Part shown: positions 33,718-44,504 of the stretch, piece after piece
How positions within the stretch are numbered: the first letter of the stretch is position 1
Layout: each line of letters opens with the position of its first letter
Assembly (NCBI GenBank): GCA_963779615.1
Contig: CAVZZA010000001.1
Location: forward strand, 645,743-709,742
Length of the DNA: 64,000 nucleotides
Direction of reading: 5' to 3'
Source: an uncultured Nitrososphaeraceae archaeon
Lineage (GTDB): Archaea > Thermoproteota > Nitrososphaeria > Nitrososphaerales > Nitrososphaeraceae
Notes under the pieces: model-generated
What the model was told of the DNA's origin: nothing
Database searches by the model: none
What the model saw: only the letters and a program-made list of their open reading frames with translations
Made by a program: the position numbers and the translations under genes

Positions 33718-34499
33718 CTCAAGAAAACACAGTTTATTTTGTAGGTTCAGGCCCTGGCGATCCAGAACTAATGACAATAAAGGCAAAAAGGCTATTAGAA
33801 AACGCGGACATTGTGATATATTCAGGATCTCTTTTAAACCTTGAAATATTGAATTTTGCCAAAAAAGGGGCTAGTCTATACGACGCAGCCAAATTGGACA
33901 GGAACGAAATATACGAAATCCTCCGAGATTCTGCAAAAAACGGCAAACTCGCTATAAGGTTTCACGACGGCGATCCGGCAATCTTTAGTACAATAAGGGA
34001 GCAAATAGACAAATTAGAAAAAGATGAAATTAATTGTAAAGTAGTTCCTGGGATCACCTCACTACTTGGGGCAGCAGCCTCGATGAATTTGGAGTTAACA
34101 CTGCCCGGTATAACACAAACAATAATAATTTCGCGAGCCGAGTTCAGAACCGCGGTTCCAGACAGAGAAAAAATTTCCGAATTAGCAAAACATGGAGCTA
34201 CCATGGCTTTTTATCTTAGCGTACACCTGCTTGACAGAGTCACAGAGGAGCTATTAAAAGGCGGAGTGTATGATGGCGAAACACCCGTTGCAATAGTGTA
34301 TAAAGCCACATGGGAAGAGGAAAAAATCATAAAGGGAACGATTGCAACGATATCAAAAAAAGTGAAAGAGGCAAGAATAGTAAAAACTGCATTGATAATA
34401 GTGGGTGATGTTATATCTCCCAAAAAATATGAGTTTTCAAAAGTTTATGACTCACAGTTCACTCATGGCTTTAGAAGAAGTAAAGAAAAAGGGGTTTAG
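33714..34499 (+). CDS. cbiF: Cobalt-precorrin-4 C11-methyltransferase
   Basis: GSGPGDPEL, RFHDGDP, ELTLPGITQT, SKVYD..FTHGFR. Confidence 0.93.
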   Translation: MTQENTVYFVGSGPGDPELMTIKAKRLLENADIVIYSGSLLNLEILNFAKKGASLYDAAKLDRNEIYEILRDSAKNGKLAIRFHDGDPAIFSTIREQIDKLEKDEINCKVVPGITSLLGAAASMNLELTLPGITQTIIISRAEFRTAVPDREKISELAKHGATMAFYLSVHLLDRVTEELLKGGVYDGETPVAIVYKATWEEEKIIKGTIATISKKVKEARIVKTALIIVGDVISPKKYEFSKVYDSQFTHGFRRSKEKGV

Positions 34500-34792
34500 T
34501 CTAAGGAAAAGCGCTCCAATTCTTTTTTATTGAGTGAGGCCCAGGCGCCCATTCCCTGACCGCCGCTATTGTTAAAGTCAATAATTTCACTAAGAATTAT
34601 TTCCTTGGCAGCCATCGGAGGCCAAACCATGGCGACAAGGTCACCTGGATTCCCCGGTTTATCCATATCGGCAGCAACTAGTTTATCGCTTTTAAACCCC
34701 AGGACAGAAAGCTTTGATTTTACTGTGTCAAGCAGCTGTTTTTGGCCATGAACAATCACATAAACACTTTTCTCTGTATTGTAGTTAGACAT
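34496..34792 (-). CDS. Hypothetical protein
   Basis: 98-aa ORF, convergent 4-nt overlap with cbiF, globular composition. Confidence 0.7.
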   Translation of the reverse strand: MSNYNTEKSVYVIVHGQKQLLDTVKSKLSVLGFKSDKLVAADMDKPGNPGDLVAMVWPPMAAKEIILSEIIDFNNSGGQGMGAWASLNKKELERFSLD

Positions 34793-34904
34793 TCAGTAAG
34801 TGAAACTATCCATTGCCATAAAGATATTGCTATTGTGTTAACTAAGTTTCTAAAAAACAGGATAGGTGGAGAGGAGCCTTGACAGCATTGGACTCGATAG
34901 ATAG

Positions 34905-35025
34905 AGCGTAGATGAAAAAGTACAGGATAATGGGCGACATACCAGAAACAGGTGAGAAAGCATGACAAGGTATTATCAGATATGGTGGCAGGACTGGTAA
35001 ACTACAGAGCATTGTCGCCTCTTTA
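34905..35025 (+). mobile_element. 3' remnant of an IS5/ISL2-type (DDE_Tnp_4) transposase
   Basis: Broken frames read MKKYRIMGDI / RNR / RKHDKVLSDMVAGLVNYR. Confidence 0.5.
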
Positions 35026-35300
35026 GATGGGCATCAGTCATTGTCGTACTGATAGAATATGCTGTTTCTGAATATGCAAGAGACCTAATAAATTGAAATG
35101 TTCCTAAAAAAGGAATTAACAACAACAAATCACCACAAGAAAAAAGACGGCATGGTTATTTTTAAATGGGTATAACACTGCCAGCATTGTAACTTTGCCT
35201 GCGCTCATTTAATCGTCTGCCAGATTTTATGAATTGGTGCGCACTACATTTATAAAATATGTGCGCATAGGTTGAGGTACCACTAGATTTATTATACCCA

Positions 35301-35314
35301 TTAGGGTAGCCTAA
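35301..35314. promoter_or_regulatory. DtxR/IdeR-type operator at ftr1 promoter
   Basis: ttagggtagcctaa between a TATA-like tttattata (35288-35296) and the ATG at 35329. Confidence 0.85.
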
Positions 35315-35328
35315 CTATATAACATTTT

Positions 35329-37776
35329 ATGAAAATTCTAGATAGTATAAATAAAAGTCACATTAATTTGCGCACGTTTTCTTTCCTTGTAATCGTTTTT
35401 TCATTTTCGTTTTTTCTAACATCATCAAGCCATGTCATGGCTTTGGGGGGCCCATCCGAATCCGGACTGACCAAGGATGAATTGCAATCTACCTTTGTAA
35501 ATCTGGAGAGAATCAAAACCCAAATAAATTTGGTGAATAGCAGCATAAATGGCGGCGATGCCGATGGGTCCTTTTACCATTCCTATATTCCCCATTCCAC
35601 TACTTTTCCCGTCATAAAAAAAACAATAAGTAAAATAGACCCTGCTTCTGCCGCTAGTTTGGAATCATTACTTACTGATTTGCCCGTAACAATCAAATCC
35701 CAAATCTCAAATAACAGTTCTCTTCCGTCTTCAAATATAAAACCTGACTTGAACCAAATTCAAAACCTGATAGGGAATTTTAACGCTTTGGTAATTTCTC
35801 AAACAAATTCATCAGAGCAAAATCTGCTGTATCTTCAGGCATCCCTGGTATTGTTAAAGGATGCCTTGCAGTCTTACAATATTTCAAATGTGGCAAACAA
35901 TGCTAATGCTATGGCTGAAAACAAGTTCAGTAAGGTGGATTATGAAAACACGCTGGGTCTCCTTAATGCGTCCAAAAACTTGTTTAACAAATCGGCCATT
36001 ACAGAAAAAAACACCGTATCTGAAACAATGGGCCTCTTTGCTCAACTGGAGGATGCAGTTAAAAGCAAACAAAGCCCACAAAACCTGTCTAAAATATATT
36101 ACTCAATAGAAAGGGCTTACTCTAAAGGACTGTCGCCATACAGCAATGGCGAAGGAAACCCTGGCACAACCGCTCAATACCTTGCAAACATTCGCGAATT
36201 GCTGTCCAAGGTTGTTGATTCAGTAGATGATGGCGATTACACACAGGCAGGTAAATTTGCAACAACTGCCTATTTGGACAATTACGAATACCTTGAAGCT
36301 CCTATCGAAAAAATAAATGCCACATTGATGAGTGGCATTGAAGTGGATATGAGGGAAAACCTTCGCGGTATGATCAACGCCCACAGGCCCTCAGAGGAGA
36401 TCTCCTTGTTTATCGATAAATCTATACTGCAAAAGCTAGACGTGGTAGAGCCATTGCTAAAAAATGAGGCCGGCAACGGTGTTTTACCAAACACCGCAAA
36501 TGTCCCAAAAACCCTGGCAAATATCGACGCATTGCAGCAAGGCTTTGGTGTATACACTGGTGAAAGAAAGGAGATGGGGCAGGCAAATGATTCGCAGAAA
36601 CAGGAAGTCAGAAACAATATCGACCAGATACGATTGAAACTAAATGAAATGCTGGATTTATACAAAAAAGGAAATTCTGCCGAAGCCCTGTCAGTAGCAC
36701 GATCCGCTTATCTGGACAGTTATGAGAACATTGAAATCCCCCTAAGGCCAATCAATCCCGACTTTACTTTGGACATGGAGATAAAATTTGCAGAACTAAG
36801 GAATCAAATGCAGAGTCAAAAGCCATTTGCAGATGTTGAAAAAAAGGTCATTGAGATAAGAAAAGGGCTGGATGAATCTGAACGCCTGGTTTCAGGAACG
36901 GGGGTTGTTGCCCCGACTATTGCTTTTTCGTCTTCATTTTCCATAATATTCAGAGAAGGCCTAGAGTCGGCATTGATAATCGGCGCGATACTGACCTACC
37001 TTGAAGCTTCAAGAAATGAGCGTTTTAAAAAACATGTTTATTACGGAATCTTTATTGCAGTGGCAGGAACCGCTGTAACATGGGTTATCGCCGAACACCT
37101 AATCCAAATTTCAGGGGCTAACCGTGAACTGATCGAGGCAATAGCGGGGTTATCCGCGGTGGCTGTCCTTTTCTGGGTGAGTTTTTGGGTTCTTAATAAG
37201 ATTGAGACAAAAAGGTGGATTGAATTTGTTAAAGCAAAGGTGTGGCAGGCAACCGCGACTGGCAGCGTAATGGTTTTTGTCATGCTGTCATTCTTTACAG
37301 TGTACAGGGAGGGGTTTGAGACCGTTCTTTTCTACCAGGCAATGCTTTCTTATGCCAAGCATATGGAACTATATGTAGTTTTGGGATTAGTTGTGGGAAT
37401 CGCTGTAATAACCGTTGTTGCCCTTCTTATCATAAAGTTAGGAAAACGGTTGCCTTTGCGTGTTCTTTTCGGATTGACAATGGGTATAGGTGCTTACATG
37501 TCTGTCGCATTCCTTGGAAATGCTATCAGGGAGTTTCAGGAGGTAGGATATTTGCCAACTACCCCTGTTTTTGGGCTCGTGCCACGTTTGGATATAAATG
37601 TCGCCTCAATGACAGGCATTCACCCCACCCTTGAAAGCATAGTCGGCCAAATAATTCTTCTTTCCGTATATGCCATTGGATCCCTGTATGTGTTGGTAAT
37701 CCAACCCAGAAAGAAGAAGAAGATTGAGTTAGCTAGAAAGTCTATTGGGGATATGCCCGATCCCAATAGAAGATAG
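35329..37776 (+). CDS. ftr1: FTR1-family iron permease with large extracellular N-terminal region
   Basis: Two RExxE motifs (FREGLES, YREGFET) in the C-terminal TM domain; repeated AYLDxYE helical domains. Confidence 0.93.
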   Translation: MKILDSINKSHINLRTFSFLVIVFSFSFFLTSSSHVMALGGPSESGLTKDELQSTFVNLERIKTQINLVNSSINGGDADGSFYHSYIPHSTTFPVIKKTISKIDPASAASLESLLTDLPVTIKSQISNNSSLPSSNIKPDLNQIQNLIGNFNALVISQTNSSEQNLLYLQASLVLLKDALQSYNISNVANNANAMAENKFSKVDYENTLGLLNASKNLFNKSAITEKNTVSETMGLFAQLEDAVKSKQSPQNLSKIYYSIERAYSKGLSPYSNGEGNPGTTAQYLANIRELLSKVVDSVDDGDYTQAGKFATTAYLDNYEYLEAPIEKINATLMSGIEVDMRENLRGMINAHRPSEEISLFIDKSILQKLDVVEPLLKNEAGNGVLPNTANVPKTLANIDALQQGFGVYTGERKEMGQANDSQKQEVRNNIDQIRLKLNEMLDLYKKGNSAEALSVARSAYLDSYENIEIPLRPINPDFTLDMEIKFAELRNQMQSQKPFADVEKKVIEIRKGLDESERLVSGTGVVAPTIAFSSSFSIIFREGLESALIIGAILTYLEASRNERFKKHVYYGIFIAVAGTAVTWVIAEHLIQISGANRELIEAIAGLSAVAVLFWVSFWVLNKIETKRWIEFVKAKVWQATATGSVMVFVMLSFFTVYREGFETVLFYQAMLSYAKHMELYVVLGLVVGIAVITVVALLIIKLGKRLPLRVLFGLTMGIGAYMSVAFLGNAIREFQEVGYLPTTPVFGLVPRLDINVASMTGIHPTLESIVGQIILLSVYAIGSLYVLVIQPRKKKKIELARKSIGDMPDPNRR

Positions 37777-38052
37777 CAAAAAAACCAAAAACAAATATCT
37801 TTTTTTTGAAATTCAAATAAAAATATATTTTGTTTTGTCTTTGTCTGTTTATTGGGTATTCTCTATTTTTCGGTCATTGATGTTGTTGTGGGGAAAAATA
37901 AAATTAACTTGGCAGTAAGCAACAATTGTAGAATCAGTGTTTATTCTAATATGCCTGTATAAAAAAAGTATTGCAATTTCTTGATAAAAGAATCCGCAGG
38001 GAATGTTTTTTATAAATTAACTATAAAACTGATAAAAAAAGGAGATGGGGAC

Positions 38053-39150
38053 TCAGGATTTTAACAGACTCTCCGCCTTGTCCAAAACCATGTTTATTTC
38101 ACTGATGGTTTGCTTGATTTCCTCCACTGATGCGTTACCGTCTATCTGTGTCCTTAGTTTTTCCCTTAACAGTGATTCTCCCTGGTCTGACAAGTCTTTG
38201 CCTATTGGCTGCTCAATGTGCTCAAAATTGTCCAAATAGGCTGCTGTTGCCAACTCTTCGGCCTTGGTAGCGTCATTGGCCGAGTATGATGCGATTGCCT
38301 GATCAAGCAATGATCTTATGTTTGATATGTAGCCTTGGCTGCTTTGCTCACTGGATGCTGTTGTTGTTGTTGTGTTTGCGGCAGCGGTGGAAGATGATTC
38401 GGACAATTCATGGTTGATTTCATCTATGATTTGATCTATCTCAGACGAGTTCTTTTGCTGCTGAACAGAATTGGTTAAGTTGTTAAACAGTGTCGAAATT
38501 GTCTCCCTTTCATTTGCTATCGATTTTGTGTCGTTGAATATCTTGTGGGCCCTGTCCATAAATGCTGACCCGTCTTGGTACTCAAGTATTAGTGTGATTT
38601 TGCCATCCTTTACGCCCTCTTCATACTCCCCTTCTGACGTTGTCAGCAGATCCTGGATTACGGCGATATTGTGGTCTGTGCTGTTCAGTGTTGTTGCAGG
38701 TACGACGGCAGCTATGACTTTGTTTGACAGGTCAACTGAACTCTGTGCCTGTTTGCTAAACTCTTCTTTTGTGCTGTTGTTAGGTCCTGTGGGTGACACT
38801 AGGTTTGATAACAAATAAAGGTCACTGGTGTACGTGCCATTTAGTTTTGAATCAGTATTGTTTAATGGTATGGCTATAAGTGATAAAACCTCCTCTATTG
38901 GGTGGCTTGTGTGACTGTATGCCAATGTATTGTTGTCGATGTTTTTGTTGTATACTGCCTTTTCAATATGGCCTATTATCTGCTCGATGTTTGAATGAAA
39001 CTTTACATACTCGGTTCCATTACCCTGGGTATTGTTTGTCTGGGCAAATGATGATTGTGATGGTGATATGGTATTGCATATCACTAAAGACATGGCAGCC
39101 ACAACAATTGCGATAAATGCCTTATTTCCTTGTTGAATGTTTATAAGCAT
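38053..39150 (-). CDS. Secreted helical-bundle protein homologous to the FTR1 N-terminal domains
   Basis: Signal peptide; HTSHPIEE, EYQDG, and Y...IR.LL...ATAAYLDNFEHIE.PI matching FTR1 YLANIRELL...ATTAYLDNYEYLEAPI. Confidence 0.8.
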   Translation of the reverse strand: MLINIQQGNKAFIAIVVAAMSLVICNTISPSQSSFAQTNNTQGNGTEYVKFHSNIEQIIGHIEKAVYNKNIDNNTLAYSHTSHPIEEVLSLIAIPLNNTDSKLNGTYTSDLYLLSNLVSPTGPNNSTKEEFSKQAQSSVDLSNKVIAAVVPATTLNSTDHNIAVIQDLLTTSEGEYEEGVKDGKITLILEYQDGSAFMDRAHKIFNDTKSIANERETISTLFNNLTNSVQQQKNSSEIDQIIDEINHELSESSSTAAANTTTTTASSEQSSQGYISNIRSLLDQAIASYSANDATKAEELATAAYLDNFEHIEQPIGKDLSDQGESLLREKLRTQIDGNASVEEIKQTISEINMVLDKAESLLKS

Positions 39151-39479
39151 GCTTTGGGTTTTTCTTTGAAAATCTATTTAATCCATTATCCGATTCTCCA
39201 TTTATGAGAATACTTGATAAAACATTATTTTCGTTTTTTTTTGATTGTCTGTGGTTAGAGATGTTTTTTATATTATTGAACATGTGATTTATATTTTCTT
39301 CTTGCCCTTAATCCACACACTGTTAAAATTAAATTGAACTGCTTTGTTGCATGATTATTGTAAATCGTTTTTTGTTGGCGTTTTGGTTACTGCCCAAAGG
39401 GTAACTAGTCACAATTTAATGGGAAATACCAGGAAAGTGGCATAGTTTTAACTGTATTTCGAATCATGCAACAAAGCAA

Positions 39480-40130
39480 AATTGGACCTATTGTTGCTAT
39501 CACATTGCTAAATAGGCCATTCATATCCCGCATTTCGTCATAATAACAGCAATACTGATATCACTAATTTGTATTCTTTTTAGTACATTAAAAATATTGA
39601 AAACATAATCGATGATATACTAATCAGCGAAGATTTCTTCATTATAGACAGCGATCAATTTTCTAACAATAGGGTTGTCGCATTAGTTGTTGCTAATCTT
39701 GCAGATGAGGTTTTAAGAAAGTGTGGACATGTTTTTGGAGTTCCCTCAAATGTAATGCTACGTATGAGTTTCTCAAATATCTTCAACAATATGGAGAACG
39801 AATCAAGTGGTGAATTAATTTGAATTCAGGTTCTAATGGCATGACACACCATCCAAAAAATATTACTGCCAATAACTCCATTATTGACAAACCAAGTTAC
39901 CTCGATGCATTGGAAATCCCTAAAAAGATGATTGAAATACATCAGCAAGAATTGAATGGCACTTCATCAAACCCTTCTTCTGCCTTTGCTAATAAAGCAT
40001 TATCCGATCTTGGTATTGGTTATATTAACTGAAAAAAAATGTTAAATTAAAGGAGAACCCATCCAAAATAATGGAAATTGCTCATCGAAAGGTGCATCCA
40101 AATTTGCAAATGGCATTTAACCCAACACTT
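39480..40130 (+). pseudogene. Degraded paralogue of the secreted protein at 9765-10574
   Basis: Fragments NNRVVALVVANLADEVLR, IIDKPSYLDA and KIMEIAHRKVHPNLQMAFN align with NNTVDALTIKNLLDSSLR, VKNYVYYQNA and KIMVLLHMNIHPSLMKLFN. Confidence 0.65.
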
Positions 40131-41048
40131 GATCGATATATGGATAATAAAAATATAAGTTTAATCGATATTTTCTATTGTTATAGTAATTTTTGTAAAT
40201 TGTATTAGCCTCAAAACGGTTTTGGACAGTGTCATTCCTTTTTCTTATGCTAATTCAAATTGATATGTTATCTTCAACGATACTTTTTTGGATAAACAAT
40301 AAAAACTTCTATTATTTGTATACATATATCAACTTCCTAAGTAAATATTGGTTATGGATAGTATATTTAACGTGGTAATAGCAACGATGGGTTTAATTAT
40401 AATAGCCCTTACATTTAAGGCGAGAAGAAAATATTAATCATGACCTCGGCCAAGCATATGAGAAAATTTGACATTGAGCAGCATACTTTAATTTGATATT
40501 ACTTGGACATACACTCCTGACAATATCATTGTAAAATCTCCAGTTAATTCAACAATAGCACTTTCTGGTGGAGTTACTCAAAAAACTGAGCGGTGGATTT
40601 AGATATCCGATACTATAGGATATATCGTTACCTGAGCCATACATGTTAAATATGGATATCCAAAAGAAATTCAATGATGGTTTTGTAGTTGAGGAAGCAT
40701 ATATTTGAATCAAATATTAACCACTTGTATTACATCTGTCCTGCCGCAATGTTGATCGAAATGATTTGTGAGGGATTTTTTGGTCCAACACCCAAATGGT
40801 GAAAACGATTACAAATGGGACTTTTTCGACTCTTGGAGGGTATTGTATTTGTAATGGGCATTGGGACATTCATTGTGTGCTGTTTGTCTTGCCGGTACAA
40901 TATCAGAAGCTGCTAGTAGATTTAACAGGGGATGAAACTTCCCAATAAACCTGAGTAACTGGGCTTTACCTAAGAATAGTTATGTTCTATTTGATGCTTA
41001 GAGTGGGCAGAACGAAAACTTGCAAAGAAAGTTTTGTATAAAAATTAG

Positions 41049-41234
41049 GTTATTCTCACAATTGAGATTGAAAATATAATTTATATAATATCCACATCAC
41101 ATAAAAAAAATGTCTACGTCAAAGGAACCTGATGTTACCAAAGATTCTGCATCAAGCAATGAGCAGAAGGAAGGGACCATCAAAAAGGATGCAGTCATGG
41201 ATGAAAAGCAACTAATCAAAGATAAAGAATCAAA
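41049..41234 (+). repeat. 186-bp inverted duplication, left arm
   Basis: Reverse complement of 42139-42324, one mismatch seen. Confidence 0.95.
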
Positions 41235-41734
41235 CTATTATGAATTAATTGATTGGCTACAGAAATGGGGTTATAAAGTGATAGATAGGACAAAAGAGAA
41301 CAAAATTACAGTTACAGATATTCAGTTTCAGGCAGAGGTACAACCAATATTGCCTTACTCCTCTGGACTAAATACGCCATTTTTTTTAGAATTTCAAAAT
41401 GATCTTGATGATGGTTTAATAATCAGAACTACCTTCGAGCTTGATAAAAACATAGAGATTCATCTTAAAAATCAAAATATGGTGAGAGAAATGGAATTAA
41501 ACGTACATAGAAATCGAACAACTTCTCTTGCCCATGAAAATCTCCATGATTAGATCTCATCCATTGATTAATCTGTATAAAGTGATATTTTACGATGATT
41601 TGAAAAAGCAGTTCTTTTATGACTGCATTATCGATTTGGTCAATTCAATGTCCCTTGCTATAGGCAAATGGGATGAAAAATACTATGAAGTAAAGCCGGA
41701 AAATGTATCAGATCAGCCTCAAGAGAAGAAATAA
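41110..41734 (+). CDS. Hypothetical protein split by a 1-nt frameshift near 41498
   Basis: Removing one A in gaattaaacg joins ORF 41110-41553 to 41528-41734 (…MELTYIEIEQLLLPMKIS…). Confidence 0.7.
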
Positions 41735-41879
41735 TGATATCAAGAAAGAGAAACGCTAGTTATTTTTTTATTTTAAATTAGTATATCATAGGCCAATATC
41801 ATTCAAAAAAAAGCCTTGACTTTAGATATGATAAATATATTACGTTAAAATGCGTTTACAAATGGAAATATCAAGTTTT

Positions 41880-42071
41880 TTAAATATCCATGTTAACTTT
41901 TCTTCTTTTAATTTTATTCCCATTATCTTTTTCTAGGTTGTGGGTGTGAATATGATCTTCTGTGTTTGAACAATTGTCGCAGGTCCAGTCCAAAGTCTCG
42001 AGACATATGCTACAAACCATATTGGGTATGAAAACCCATCCGCATTTTCTACACGACTCTTTATTGAACAT
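41880..42071 (-). CDS. Small Cys/His zinc-finger-like protein
   Basis: CRKC, CSIC, W.CDNC, HIHTH. Confidence 0.7.
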   Translation of the reverse strand: MFNKESCRKCGWVFIPNMVCSICLETLDWTCDNCSNTEDHIHTHNLEKDNGNKIKRRKVNMDI

Positions 42072-42138
42072 GTATCATCTTCAAGGATTTTATTTTGTGA
42101 GTCAATTACATTAGCATTGGGCTAAACCTAATGATAAT

Positions 42139-42324
42139 TTTGATTCTTTATCTTTGATTAGTTGCTTTTCATCCATGACTGCATCCTTTTTGATGGTCCC
42201 TTCCTTTTGCTCATTGCTTGATGCAGAATCTTTGGTAACATCAGGTTCCTTTGACGTAGACATTTTTTTTATGTGATGTGGATATTATATAAATTATATT
42301 TTCAATCTCAATTGTGAGAATAAC
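42139..42324 (-). repeat. 186-bp inverted duplication, right arm (promoter plus first ~41 codons of the 41110 gene)
   Basis: Near-identical reverse complement of 41049-41234. Confidence 0.95.
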
Positions 42325-42376
42325 TAGTAACGTGTAGTTTTATGGGTAAATGAAACTATGATTGTTATAATATTTA

Positions 42377-43303
42377 GAGCCTATCCCAAAATTCGATAGA
42401 ATTACATCTTGTTGTGATCACCGCTAATGTGTGGCCTGCATCCAGAAGAAGGAGAAGGATAAAGGGGATGATTATACCATACTCAATATTCCAGATGAAC
42501 TGTCGGATGAAATTAGAATCATTTTGCCCAGAGGGAAACCGCCTAAAACAATAGGCCAACCAATCGTACCCTTCAGAAAAGTACTTGATGGTGTCCCATA
42601 CATCCTAAGAACTGGATGCCAGTGGAGGTTGAGGTTGCTGCCTGCAGAGCATGGTTCAGGTTCCACATGTCACAGGCGATTTCAGGTGTGGGTTGGGTTG
42701 TTGCAATCACATGATGACAAACAAGGTATCAAGTGGACATGGCAACTGCCTGACAGCACATCCATAAAGTCTCCTTTAGGGGGGCAATGACCGAAGGAAG
42801 CAATCCCGCTGACAGAGGCAAACTGGGAACAAAAAGGCACATTTTAACTGATGCAAAAGGAATCCCACTCTCAGTTGCCATGTCTTCCGCAAGCACTCAT
42901 GACACAAAACTAGCAACAGGCGTAATGGATAGTGTGGTTGTCAAACGATCATCATCATCATCATTAACAAAACATGACAAATCCAGAAAAAGAAAACCGT
43001 AACACCTATGCCTTGACAAAGCGTACAACTCCAAGCCGGCAAAACAAAAAATCATCAGCAGAGGCTATGTACCGCATTTACCGTGAAAGAGAAAAAGAGG
43101 GGGATGTCAATACAGAAACACAAAAAATTCCAAATCGAAAAAAACATCCTGCCAGAAGATGGGGGTGGTGGAGAGAGACAACTCATGGCACAACCGGTTC
43201 AGAAAGCTGTTCACAAGATGTGAGAGGAACGTAGAACTATGTTGGGTTGGTGCAGTTCTCATGCTGTATCATTATCTACAGAAAGATACTTTGGGGTGGG
43301 CTC
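42377..43303 (+). mobile_element. IS5-family insertion sequence with degenerate transposase
   Basis: YILRTGCQWR, GSTCHRRFQ, DRGKLGTKRHILTD..GIPL and CLDKAY fragments; imperfect TIRs gagcctatcccaaa / tttggggtgggctc flanked by TA. Confidence 0.9.
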
Positions 43304-43690
43304 TAAATATATAAATTTCATGTACTCCAAAATTCAACGATTAAACAGGAATTAGTTCTTATCTGAATTAACATTAATAAGAAATTGAGGTATAGTCAAT
43401 TGTTCAAAAAGAACAGTAAGGGACAAGAACTAAAAAAGTAATAAAGGTTTTTGTCATTACTAAGGATGTAGCCTCTATTACTTATTATTTGAGTAACCAA
43501 TTTACCCAAATGAGTCTGAATATCTTTATTGTTATTTACTACAGAAAGTATTTATTATTGATCTAGATTCTCATTTTTGATTCCATCGATAGAAATGTAT
43601 TTTTTCGAAAATAGTTCATTCTTTTAACGAATTTTCTATTTTATCGTGTTATTTTAACAATGGAGAATTATGGCTAGCTTTATATCATTG

Positions 43691-43704
43691 TTAGGCTTAC
43701 CTAA
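43691..43704. promoter_or_regulatory. DtxR-type operator downstream of TATA (ncRNA copy A)
   Basis: ctttatatcattg-ttaggcttacctaa. Confidence 0.85.
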
Positions 43705-43706
43705 CT

Positions 43707-43924
43707 ATGTCTATAAAATAACAAAATAGACACAAAAAAACAAGCGCGACATATACAAGCCAAGTTTGCCATTCTTACCGTGTCATAACCAGATTCATTG
43801 GTCATCTGGAAACTGACAAGCATGATAATAAAGGAGTGAACAAATATGGAGAAAATGGTATTTGCATTTTACTTCATTCACTCCTTTATTGTGTTATTTT
43901 ATATTTTACAGTAACAACTTTTTT
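43707..43924 (+). ncRNA. Putative iron-regulated structured small RNA, copy A
   Basis: Promoter plus operator; 5' hairpin tgtctat/atagaca; 14-bp stem 43827-43840/43877-43890; oligo-T end; homologous to 47232-47438 and 49725-49927. Confidence 0.6.
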
Positions 43925-43973
43925 ATACCATTTACCAAAGGGTCCTTATCACAACCTCATAATAGCTTAAATG

Positions 43974-44001
43974 TTAGGCTGGATTAACTAGGCATTTCTA
44001 A
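43974..44001. promoter_or_regulatory. Tandem degenerate DtxR-type operators after TATA (cttaaat)
   Basis: ttaggctggattaa-ctaggcatttctaa directly before ATG ACC ATT CAA AAT, a truncated paralogue of the 47517 ORF. Confidence 0.6.
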
Positions 44002-44504
44002 TGACCATTCAAAATCAATCCTCCTCCGGAATTGTGAAAAAGATGAAAAAGATGAAACAAAAGTAATGGATTTTATCTATGGATTTACACTCGTGATAAT
44101 ATCTTGTGTGACCAAAACTGTTATACGAATTATCCCAATCTTTTTAATTAGTCTAAATTGGTACGGGGTTACAATTTGTACCTCTGCTCTTGTTATCTTT
44201 CTTTTTGTGCTGTATTTGTAGATTGTCATGCGAGGATTACTGGCGATATTGTTTTATGTTTATTGGCAAAATTTGGAACTAGATAGGATATCGGATAAAA
44301 AAATGCTCAATATGATAAACTATACCGAAAATATAAAATGATTTTATTGATATCCAAAAACAAAAAATATTTAATGTAAAGGATCCTAATATATTATTGT
44401 AAACAATAACGTTATTATCTTACTATAAAATTTATAGAAATAATACATTTCTTTAACGTAGAACCGTATTGTGTGTTTATATATGTTCACAAAAAAGGAT
44501 TCAC

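Noticed and set aside
39820-40032. 70-aa ORF as a stand-alone gene or multicopper oxidase fragment
   Set aside because: Flanking frames show it is part of a decayed paralogue of the 9765-10574 protein
43846-43914. SD-like aaggagtga followed by a 22-aa hydrophobic ORF (MEKMVFAFYFIHSFIVLFYILQ) in ncRNA copy A, suggesting a type I toxin
   Set aside because: The start codon lies in the variable loop; in copy B the same frame has an upstream stop and no start, and copy C diverges, so the peptide is not conserved
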